Below are positions 17,149-24,712 of a stretch of 27,777 bases of DNA, piece by piece. Position numbers and translations under genes: made by a program. How positions within the stretch are numbered: the first letter of the stretch is position 1; every line of letters starts with the position of its first letter. Source of the stretch: a virus (lineage: Duplodnaviria; Caudoviricetes). A model generated the notes under the pieces. That model was not told where the DNA came from and did not search any database. It was given only the letters and a program-made list of their open reading frames with translations. The DNA is taken from IMG/VR virus record IMGVR_UViG_3300030095_006199, positions 1-27,777 of that record; one strand, 5' to 3'.

Positions 17149-18519
17149 CTAAGTTAAATCAATGTTCTCCCAAACACAAATTGCTCCTCCAGCCCCGTCT
17201 CTATTTTCTCCACCTCCGTTACCATCTTTTCCACCCTGAGTTGATGGAGAAGGTCCACCGCTAATTCTTGCACCGAATTCTCCCATTCCAGCGCTAGCAC
17301 GATTTTGTCCTCTGTACTCTGCTGGTTGTGCTTGTCTTATTGCTGAAGGTGTTGATAAATCTGTTTTTGTTGGATGCGCTACTGGTAATGCTCCTGCTGT
17401 TCCTGTTGGATCTGGAGATGTAGTATAAGAAGCTCCTGCTGATCCGCCCGTTGCAATAAAAGTATAAGATGGACTTGCAACAAATGAAGTTGCGCCTCCT
17501 GCTGTAGACGCTTGTGGGCCTGTGTATCTTCCCGCGCCACCATAACCAACTGTGTAAGCTGCTGTATAAGGCGGAGTTATAGGCACTGAATATAATCCAT
17601 AACCTCCTGGTCCCCCTGGTCCCCCAGATTGACCCATAGGTGCTCCTGCTCCTCCACCACCTCCAGCGCCCATAAGGGCAATTTTAATTTTTGTTGAACC
17701 TGGTTGAGCAGTAAATGTACCAGTGTTACTTGGTTTTCCTCTCATAGCAGTTCCAGTAATACAATTACCGTAATACCATGTTGCTAACCAATTTGTAGCT
17801 CCAGCTGAACCTGCTGCTGCTGAGTTTAATCTTCCATCTTCATCAACAGTTATTGTTGCTGAAGCATATGATCCTGCTGTAACAGAAGTAGATGTAAGTT
17901 GAGATGGTCCAACAGAATTTGCTGCCATTTTAGTCATCGTTACATTTGATTGTTTTAGTTGTACTGTTCCAACAGAGTTGGTTGCCATTTTAGTTTGAGT
18001 CACATTTGATTGTGCGATTCCAGCAGTAACAATTGCGTTGTCATCAATTTTAGCAGATGTAATTGCATCGTCTGCAATTTGTGCTGTCCCAATAGTTCCT
18101 CCAAGAGTATCTAAAGATACTTCTTTTAAATTTGTTCCATCAGAATATGCTGCGTAAATTTTTGCAGCATCAGGAGTAAAACCAGTTCCTGAAGCTGTTT
18201 TAATAGTTAAGTTAGATGGATTAGTTAATCCTGTGCAATCAAAGATATAAAATTTTTCTATGCTATCAGGTATTGTACAAATTGTGCTAGATGCAATCGA
18301 TGCAGTAGCAAATTTTATAATCATGTTTCTTGCATTTGATAAAGTTGCGTTTGTCATCGCAAGAGCTAAAGTACCACCACTTGATAGTGTAACTTGTTCA
18401 AAACCTGCAATTGCTTGTTGTATTAGGTTTAAGTTTGTATTAGTTTTATCACCCCAGGTACCAGCGTTTTGGCCAGTTACCATTAATTCGAGTTTTAGAT
18501 CTGTAGAATAACTTGACAT
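17149..18519 (-). CDS. Tail fibre / receptor-binding protein
   Basis: N-terminal anchor-like LKLELMVTGQNAGTWGDKTN, 10-aa shaft repeats, ATITVDEDGRL, Gly/Pro-rich C-terminal domain. Confidence 0.8.
   Translation of the reverse strand: MSSYSTDLKLELMVTGQNAGTWGDKTNTNLNLIQQAIAGFEQVTLSSGGTLALAMTNATLSNARNMIIKFATASIASSTICTIPDSIEKFYIFDCTGLTNPSNLTIKTASGTGFTPDAAKIYAAYSDGTNLKEVSLDTLGGTIGTAQIADDAITSAKIDDNAIVTAGIAQSNVTQTKMATNSVGTVQLKQSNVTMTKMAANSVGPSQLTSTSVTAGSYASATITVDEDGRLNSAAAGSAGATNWLATWYYGNCITGTAMRGKPSNTGTFTAQPGSTKIKIALMGAGGGGGAGAPMGQSGGPGGPGGYGLYSVPITPPYTAAYTVGYGGAGRYTGPQASTAGGATSFVASPSYTFIATGGSAGASYTTSPDPTGTAGALPVAHPTKTDLSTPSAIRQAQPAEYRGQNRASAGMGEFGARISGGPSPSTQGGKDGNGGGENRDGAGGAICVWENIDLT
17875..18095 (-). 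repeat. About seven 30-nt (10-aa) degenerate coding repeats, including a 60-nt-period duplication
   Basis: IGTAQIADDA/ITSAKIDDNA/IVTAGIAQSN/VTQTKMATNS/VGTVQLKQSN/VTMTKMAANS/VGPSQLTSTS; DNA 17908-17953 resembles 17968-18013. Confidence 0.85.
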
Positions 18520-18528
18520 AATTTCCTT

Positions 18529-18557
18529 ATTTTAACAAAATTAGGCAGCAAGATCAA
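18529..18557 (-). promoter_or_regulatory. Sigma70-like promoter for tail fibre
   Basis: TTGATC-17 nt-TAAAAT with extended -10 TG; 9 nt (AAGGAAATT) to ATG. Confidence 0.55.
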
Positions 18558-19437
18558 CCTCGGTCCAAGTATTAGTTACACCAGGATCTACCTCTTGCCA
18601 TGCCGTAATTATAGGTGTGCCTATATTTGCTGTCAACCCTATACCAGTTACATCAACGGTTGCAGTACCTGTTACTGAGGTTATTGCACCAACACTTGTT
18701 GTTAATGTAAAACCTGACACTCCTACCATTTGTGTTGGTATGGATGCAATTGTCCCTAAAGCCGATGCTAAAGCTTGACCTGTAGCTGGTTCATTTGTGC
18801 TTTGTTGTAAACTTATTGAACCTAAACTTAAAGAGGCAGCTATACCTGTTACATCTACACCTATTTTTAATCCTGCTACTGTGTTACCAACAGAGCCTGT
18901 TAGTAATCCAGCAGTGCTTGGCGATTCAACAGTTGATTGCACTAAACTTTGACTACCTTGAGAAAGGGTCATTGCAGGTTCACCAACAAAAACAAAGATG
19001 CTTGAATCTATTTTTATAGCATTTAAACCTTGTGTAATAGTTAAAAGGTCTAGACCAGATACTGAAACACTTACGTCTACTTTTTGAGTAGCAGTTCCTA
19101 TTGCTGATGTTAATGTCTGGCCTGAAGCTTGTGCAGAATAAGTATCGCCCCAAGCTCGGTTACCCCAACCTCCACGGCCCCAACCAATTTCTACTAATCC
19201 TTCAGCGGTTACTGCTCCAATACTTGAAGTTAACGCTTGACCTTGTCCAATAACATCACCTGTAATACCCCAAGATCCAGTTCCCCAAGAAGGTCTTCCC
19301 CAACCTTCACCTGCTCCTGAAAAGGCTAAATCTTGAACTGATGTTGTAGCTGAAACACCTGTGACAGCAACTGTTACACTTGATGCATCTCCCCAGTTAC
19401 CCTGTCCCCAAGTTAATGCTCCCCATGTATTAGCCAT
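18541..19437 (-). CDS. WG-repeat Ser/Thr/Gly-rich virion protein
   Basis: Three WG-x3-WG-x3-WG clusters, periodic (V/A)(T/S)G..(L/A)T.S(I/V/L)G repeats; AGGAG RBS. Confidence 0.75.
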   Translation of the reverse strand: MANTWGALTWGQGNWGDASSVTVAVTGVSATTSVQDLAFSGAGEGWGRPSWGTGSWGITGDVIGQGQALTSSIGAVTAEGLVEIGWGRGGWGNRAWGDTYSAQASGQTLTSAIGTATQKVDVSVSVSGLDLLTITQGLNAIKIDSSIFVFVGEPAMTLSQGSQSLVQSTVESPSTAGLLTGSVGNTVAGLKIGVDVTGIAASLSLGSISLQQSTNEPATGQALASALGTIASIPTQMVGVSGFTLTTSVGAITSVTGTATVDVTGIGLTANIGTPIITAWQEVDPGVTNTWTEVDLAA

Positions 19438-19505
19438 GAAGAGCTCCTATCGGAGAACCCGCTATGTAAAATAAATTAATCATATTTGCCATAGCAGGCC
19501 CCTCC
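19430..19505 (-). promoter_or_regulatory. Structured intergenic RNA element with 20-aa uORF
   Basis: 15-bp stem GGAGGGGCCUGCUAUG/CAUAGCGGGUUCUCC with G-U pairs and one bulge; AAGGAGG followed by ATG at 19492 gives MANMINLFYIAGSPIGALHG*. Confidence 0.65.
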
Positions 19506-19512
19506 TTTTAAA

Positions 19513-19950
19513 TTATGCGATTCTTAATATAGCTGCCGCTGTTGTAAATGCTGGAAACTGAATTGTAAAAGTTCCTGCAGTTGCAGTTTTATCTCCGCCA
19601 AAATCTAATACAGCTACTGCTTTATCACCATTAGTGTCATTGTAAATTAATGCACCTCTTGCAGTTAATGTTACACCAACAAATGACAAATCAGCAAAAT
19701 CTGTTATTGCTGTATTTGTTGCTATTGATGTTCCTACATTTACTAATGCTTTACCACCTGAAGAATATCCACCTGAAGGTGAAGATACTTGGTTTCCAGT
19801 TGTAAAAGATGTTGTCGATTTTCCTAATGCAGCCGAGTTGGTATACATTGATAACTTGAATGAATTACCACCTGGGTTACTAAAGTTGTGTGTTGCTTCT
19901 AATAATTCTTTTTTAAAAGAATTACAGATTGCGTTTGTTGTTATTGCCAT
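19513..19950 (-). CDS. Conserved virion structural protein
   Basis: AICNSFKKELL, GYSSGG, DFAD, TARGALIYN, AVAVLDFGGDKT, GTFTIQFP; AGGAG RBS. Confidence 0.75.
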   Translation of the reverse strand: MAITTNAICNSFKKELLEATHNFSNPGGNSFKLSMYTNSAALGKSTTSFTTGNQVSSPSGGYSSGGKALVNVGTSIATNTAITDFADLSFVGVTLTARGALIYNDTNGDKAVAVLDFGGDKTATAGTFTIQFPAFTTAAAILRIA

Positions 19951-19969
19951 TTTTTTCTCCTATTTAAAT

Positions 19970-20638
19970 TTATGGTGACGGTGAAGGTATTTTAATTCGA
20001 GGAACTCCACTGTCGTATTCTCCTCTTCTTCGTCTACCCATTTGTTGTAGACCAAAAGCTTGTATGCTTTGATTATACCTATCAGAATACAGTTTGTATA
20101 GGTCGTCAGGGCCTTTTAAAAAAGCAAAAGCTTCTTTAAGCACTCCGTATAATAAAAGCTGTTCATGTTGTTTTGAAAGTGTGGTGCTAGTCGAACTATC
20201 AAAATGAGGTGGATCTTTAATAAAATTAACCTGAACCGTATCAGCTGCAGATGGTGTAGGAGCAACTAATATAACAGGGCCTTGTTGAACATTGTCTTCC
20301 CAATTAGCCCAGTATTTAGGTGTGCCTGTCGCATTTGTTGGATTAAATTCAGATATAAAACTTGTGTCTCTTCGTTCTAAAAAAGTCCTATTTCCATTAG
20401 ATGCAATGTGTTGTACAGATCTAATCAAAATGCAGTCAGCTGGTAAAATAACATATCTGTTATTAATAGTGAAATTTGATGTTACGTATTTTCTTAGATC
20501 ATCATAATCAACTTGTCCTGCTATTTCTAATTCTACGTTTCTTATAAATTGATCTAGAATAGTATCAGATAAAACATTACTATCTACTTCTGTAAAGTTT
20601 CGTACTTGTGTTAAAAAATCTGAGTGTGTAATAGCCAT
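19970..20638 (-). CDS. Head-tail adaptor / tail tubular A-like protein
   Basis: TGTPKYWA, ILVAPTP, LLLYGVLKEA..FLKGP motifs typical of podoviral adaptors. Confidence 0.7.
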   Translation of the reverse strand: MAITHSDFLTQVRNFTEVDSNVLSDTILDQFIRNVELEIAGQVDYDDLRKYVTSNFTINNRYVILPADCILIRSVQHIASNGNRTFLERRDTSFISEFNPTNATGTPKYWANWEDNVQQGPVILVAPTPSAADTVQVNFIKDPPHFDSSTSTTLSKQHEQLLLYGVLKEAFAFLKGPDDLYKLYSDRYNQSIQAFGLQQMGRRRRGEYDSGVPRIKIPSPSP

Positions 20639-21078
20639 TATGTAATACTCACCCCTACTATTCCTATCAATGATGATAATTCTCTTCTTCTGTTTTGTAA
20701 TGCAGGATCTTCTGGAATCATACTTTGTAATATAGATGTAACTCCATCTCTTGTAATTTTAAAATCTTGTGTTTTAAATGCAAAAGAACCTGGTAATGTT
20801 AAATTTGCTACACCCACTGAAGTTCCACCAGAATCAGCTAATGTTACATCATTACTTGCAACTGTTTGAGGTTGTTGAAATCTTTGAGGTCTTACTTTTC
20901 TGAGAGCTATAGCATCAGCTACATTTCTTTTTCTTCTAATTTGTGGTTGTTTAGGATCATATTCAGATATATGCACAAACGAACCATTCCATTCTGTAAC
21001 CATTTCTTGATATGGGAAAGCTAATCCACTTCTATCAGATATTGCTAATGATCTATTTCCATTTGCGTATTTAGCCAT
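20638..21078 (-). CDS. Conserved hypothetical virion-module protein
   Basis: AISDRSG..FPY.EM..EWNG..VH.SEYDPKQPQ; TAATG coupling on both sides. Confidence 0.7.
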   Translation of the reverse strand: MAKYANGNRSLAISDRSGLAFPYQEMVTEWNGSFVHISEYDPKQPQIRRKRNVADAIALRKVRPQRFQQPQTVASNDVTLADSGGTSVGVANLTLPGSFAFKTQDFKITRDGVTSILQSMIPEDPALQNRRRELSSLIGIVGVSIT

Positions 21079-21779
21079 TATGATACATTTGGAAAGTACG
21101 ACTGAGGTGAGATATATAATGATGTTCTCTGCCCGTCTTCTTCCAAAGCTCTTTTCATTTCATCTTCGTAAATTAACTTCATTGCTTCAAGTCTTTCAGG
21201 TGCTTTTTTCATAGCTAAATAATAAGCTAGACCTGCACACATACATGGTAAAAACCTATAAACTACATCAGCTTGTTGATCGTTATAAGCTGTTGCGTCT
21301 TCAATTCTATTAATCGTGTAAAACTTCAAAGTTGTATAAGTGGATGCATCAGGTGCAACATATAAACTTATTTTTGGAGTTACTTGTCTATCAACATAAT
21401 ATTGTGATGGTTGACCTCTGGCTAGTTTATTAGGTAAGGCTGAATAAGCAGATCTATCTATTTTTGTAAGCGCTACATCTTGTGTGTTAGCATTATCACC
21501 CGCAGCAGCTGTAGTTGATATGTAAGCTTCTAAAACATCACTTACACTGGCAGCGACACTATAAGTAGCTGTGCCTGCTGTTAATGCTTGTTCGTTCAAT
21601 TCAACTTTCCAAAGATGTATCCCTCTATTTCCCCAATCAGAAAATAATAAGTTTAATGATCTTCTTGCTGTTTTTAAATCATAACCTGTGCTTGGTCTTA
21701 TCCCACCACATCTTTCGAAGCCTTCATCTATAACCTCGTCAATATTTAAATTAAATGATGTTGATCCTGATGTTGCCAT
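21078..21779 (-). CDS. Head-tail connector (tail tubular A / P22 gp4-like)
   Basis: TARRSLNLLFSDWGNRG, LPNK...GQPSQYYVDR, CAGLAYYLAMK, YEDEMKRA. Confidence 0.7.
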   Translation of the reverse strand: MATSGSTSFNLNIDEVIDEGFERCGGIRPSTGYDLKTARRSLNLLFSDWGNRGIHLWKVELNEQALTAGTATYSVAASVSDVLEAYISTTAAAGDNANTQDVALTKIDRSAYSALPNKLARGQPSQYYVDRQVTPKISLYVAPDASTYTTLKFYTINRIEDATAYNDQQADVVYRFLPCMCAGLAYYLAMKKAPERLEAMKLIYEDEMKRALEEDGQRTSLYISPQSYFPNVS

Positions 21780-21781
21780 AA

Positions 21782-22423
21782 TTAAAACCTCTTTTTAAAT
21801 CCTACTCTTATTCTATCTTGGTTAATACTTACATTCAACTCGCCCTTTTTGTAAAGGGTGCTATAGTTTAATTCAGGGTTTATTTTTGCTTTAGACATCC
21901 TAATATTTTTTTCTAAATTTGCTAAATTAGGGTCTGGGGGTGGACCTGAGACTTGAAATAAATTAAATCCTAATTTCCCTTTAGCTCTTGGTATTTTTAC
22001 ATTTCCACCTTGATCTCTTTTCAAAACAGTTTTTACGTTTGTAGGTTTACCACCTACCCCTTGTGCTCTACTTCTTTTCCTTGCAACGGCACTCCGCCTT
22101 TGAGAGTCTGTCATACTTGCTGCTTTTGCAGCAGGCACGCACTTTGGATACTTTCGTTTTGAACCACTTGCAGATTTTCTTCCACATTCTTTATAACCTC
22201 CACCTTTCTTTTTAGAACCTATGTCTACCCATTTTTCTTGAAACCATTTTTTTAAACCACCTGTTTTCATTCCAGCAGGACCCCAATCTTTTTTTCTTTT
22301 TCCAGAAGGATCCTTAATTTTACCTGCACAAATTTTACTAGCGTAAGCATTTGCATATGCGCTCGGATACACCGAAAATTTTCTTTTCGCTGCTGCTTTT
22401 CCTCTAGGACATAGTTTTGTCAT
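21782..22423 (-). CDS. Highly basic modular protein
   Basis: 213 aa Lys/Arg-rich; YPSAYANAYA module, LKKWFQEKWVDI...CGR...YPKCVP module, C-terminal beta-rich module. Confidence 0.75.
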   Translation of the reverse strand: MTKLCPRGKAAAKRKFSVYPSAYANAYASKICAGKIKDPSGKRKKDWGPAGMKTGGLKKWFQEKWVDIGSKKKGGGYKECGRKSASGSKRKYPKCVPAAKAASMTDSQRRSAVARKRSRAQGVGGKPTNVKTVLKRDQGGNVKIPRAKGKLGFNLFQVSGPPPDPNLANLEKNIRMSKAKINPELNYSTLYKKGELNVSINQDRIRVGFKKRF

Positions 22424-22571
22424 ATGACTTCTCCAATTTTACTTGTGCGGCCGCATTAAGAGTGTCGATTCTCTTCTTTTTACGGTTGTACAACTTCTTG
22501 GATTGTATCACTTTAGGCTTGAATGTTCTAGACCTTAGACTTTTTGCGACTGGATTTATATATTTTACCAT
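22404..22571 (-). CDS. Small basic protein, about 55 aa
   Basis: MVKYINPVAKSLRSRTFKPKVIQSKKLYNRKK...; ATG 22571 preferred to TTG 22631. Confidence 0.65.
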   Translation of the reverse strand: MVKYINPVAKSLRSRTFKPKVIQSKKLYNRKKKRIDTLNAAAQVKLEKSYDKTMS

Positions 22572-22677
22572 GTGTTTTTTCCAACACTTTTCTAAATTTG
22601 CTTTTTTCTGCTCTGCCCCAACCCCTTCCAAGACCAGGTTCTAATTGCTTTTTAATTTGACTTCTAGTTATTGCCAT
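22528..22677 (-). CDS. Small basic protein, 49 aa, with capsid-like N-terminus (not in ORF track)
   Basis: MAITRSQIKKQLEPGLGRGWGRAEKSKFRKVLEKTHGKIYKSSRKKSKV*, read by hand; fills the otherwise empty 22572-22663. Confidence 0.7.
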   Translation of the reverse strand: MAITRSQIKKQLEPGLGRGWGRAEKSKFRKVLEKTHGKIYKSSRKKSKV

Positions 22678-23149
22678 TTAATTTTCTAGTTTTAAAAGCT
22701 AAAGTTATTCTTGGTTTTTCTTCTCTTGTAGAAGCTAAACCCATATGATCTTCTTTAGCATTAAATATTATACATCGGTTTTTGACAAAGTCTACACTTC
22801 TATCTCTCATTACAAAACAGCCATCTTCTTTACTTAAAGTATCGGATAACATAATAAGCACCGTATGGTCACCATCATCAGAATGAAAACTTCCGTGCAT
22901 GTTCCTAAATTGTATGTTTGCATATACCCTCAAAAACTCAACTTGTCCTCCTAAAGTTTCTGCTACTTTCATACATAGATATTTTGTTAAATTGTCTTTA
23001 AAGTTAAAATTTAAACTAAAGAATTTTGTTTCATCTCCTTTATTAGAGACTTCTCCATAGCTTAGAGGCTCACTTAATATATGTTCGTGTAATAATTTTA
23101 GTAAAATAGGATCGAAATAATTCTCAATAATTCTAACTACGCAAGCCAT
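22664..23149 (-). CDS. Putative 2OG-Fe(II) oxygenase
   Basis: FHSD (HxD), NRCIIFNAKEDHMG (distal His), PRITLAFK. Start uncertain. Confidence 0.75.
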   Translation of the reverse strand: MACVVRIIENYFDPILLKLLHEHILSEPLSYGEVSNKGDETKFFSLNFNFKDNLTKYLCMKVAETLGGQVEFLRVYANIQFRNMHGSFHSDDGDHTVLIMLSDTLSKEDGCFVMRDRSVDFVKNRCIIFNAKEDHMGLASTREEKPRITLAFKTRKLNGNN

Positions 23150-23607
23150 GGTGTGTAGGACACCTTACCATCAACTCTTTGGGCACGCAATGATTGATTT
23201 CTATTTGAGTTAACTGAATAACTACAATGTATCCAACCAGATGTTGGTTCGTTGTCTCTGTAAAATTCTAAAATTAATTGATCAAATTCTAGCTCTGATC
23301 TGATCCAGAGAGCTAGCTCTCTATTATCTACACCAGGAATTTCAAAGTCTGCTGCGGCTGCACTATCGTCTGCCACATGTTGAGAATTTACTGAACTTCC
23401 AATTTCAACACAGAGTTGAGCACAACGAAATCCGCTGGATATAATTAAAGGCTTATCAAAATGAGAACGTACTGGTTGCAGTATATTTGTAGCTAGTGCT
23501 TTTAGATTCTCAATTTGCTGTGGGTTAGGATTATTATTAATTCCCTTCCTCTCAGCTATTTGGCTTTTGGTAAGCTCGTCTAAAGTTATGTTAGCCGTTA
23601 ATTTCAT
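23137..23607 (-). CDS. Peptidase M15A-type zinc peptidase, probable endolysin
   Basis: ISSGFRC, SQH...AADF, WIHCS (His/Asp/His zinc ligands). Confidence 0.88.
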   Translation of the reverse strand: MKLTANITLDELTKSQIAERKGINNNPNPQQIENLKALATNILQPVRSHFDKPLIISSGFRCAQLCVEIGSSVNSQHVADDSAAAADFEIPGVDNRELALWIRSELEFDQLILEFYRDNEPTSGWIHCSYSVNSNRNQSLRAQRVDGKVSYTPWLA

Positions 23608-24712
23608 ATTTTTTCAAATCTTGAGTAATTGTATCTTTATTGTAAGGAGTGTTCAAGTATATGTGCTTTTCTTTTAATACTTTAAAATCCTTAATATTTT
23701 CATTATACCACATTTTTGCACACCCAATAGACTGCCCTGCGTCACTTGCAATAGGATCTACAAAAATATTATAGTCAGGAAATTGTTTTTTTATTTCACT
23801 ATTTGCACAAACATTTAAAGCACAACCCCCCGATAAAATAATATTTTTTATATTTGATTTACTTTTAATGTATTTTACACATTCTATAAAATAATTTTCA
23901 GTATTTTTTTGAATTGAAAACGCTAAGTTTTGTCGTTGTTTTAAATTTAAGTTTTTTAAAAATGGGTATAAATCTGTATCTAGTTGTCTATCGTTTTTAA
24001 ACAAATTCATATTACAATATTTATTTTGTATTAACATATTAGGTATTTTATTATCGTAATTCCCATAAGCAGAAAGACCCATGGTTTTTCCTGCATCCAA
24101 CACATTAAAACCTAGATGCCTACTTATAGTTCCATACATAACCCCTATATCTAGTCGCTGTGTTATATCAATGTCATAATCTACCTTTGACTTAATAAAA
24201 TCTTTATTTACTATTTCAAATCTTTGAGGGTCATAATTTAATCTTTTGTAAAGTGTTTTTATTTGATTTTGTTTTGATATCTCATAAATAGACGTAGTCT
24301 CGTAACCGCTAAAAGTATCTATTTTTATCCTTGAACCCCAACCATCTATTACTAAACAAACCGCTTCGTCAAAATTAGAAAAACTGTGCCCACACCAAGC
24401 ATGGAATTTATGATGTAATGTATTTTCCAGTTTACCTTGTTGCACTTCAGCTTTAAGTCTTTTAACTAAATTTGTTAAACCTAATTTATCTCTTACTGAA
24501 CGAAAACAATTAGAAAGTAAAAGTACATTTATTGTTTGAATATTGAAATACTCTAATTTATCATTTACATGATCTATAAAACTATCATCATATATGGATG
24601 AGTGTTTTTTTCTAGAAAATCTTTCTTCTTGTGTGTAATAAATAACTTTACCATCATAGTCTAAAATACAATAAGACGCGTCATGATTATTTTTAGAAAT
24701 AGATAATATCAT
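23591..24712 (-). CDS. Carbamoyltransferase (NodU/CmcH/TobZ) N-terminal Kae1-like domain, standalone
   Basis: HDAS, EERFSRKKH, HHKFHA, VIDGWG, GKTMGLSAYG, SGGCALN, DAGQSIG. Confidence 0.9.
   Translation of the reverse strand: MILSISKNNHDASYCILDYDGKVIYYTQEERFSRKKHSSIYDDSFIDHVNDKLEYFNIQTINVLLLSNCFRSVRDKLGLTNLVKRLKAEVQQGKLENTLHHKFHAWCGHSFSNFDEAVCLVIDGWGSRIKIDTFSGYETTSIYEISKQNQIKTLYKRLNYDPQRFEIVNKDFIKSKVDYDIDITQRLDIGVMYGTISRHLGFNVLDAGKTMGLSAYGNYDNKIPNMLIQNKYCNMNLFKNDRQLDTDLYPFLKNLNLKQRQNLAFSIQKNTENYFIECVKYIKSKSNIKNIILSGGCALNVCANSEIKKQFPDYNIFVDPIASDAGQSIGCAKMWYNENIKDFKVLKEKHIYLNTPYNKDTITQDLKKYEING

Noticed and set aside
17590-17670. GGPGGPGG as a collagen domain
   Set aside because: Only a few triplets; part of a glycine-rich domain.
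19140-19437. WG repeats as eukaryote-style Argonaute hooks
   Set aside because: The context is a virion structural block, and nothing here links to Argonaute.
19452-19509. Hairpin as an intrinsic terminator
   Set aside because: No U-tract follows on the coding strand. On the + strand a T4 run follows, but the G-U pairs become A-C mismatches.
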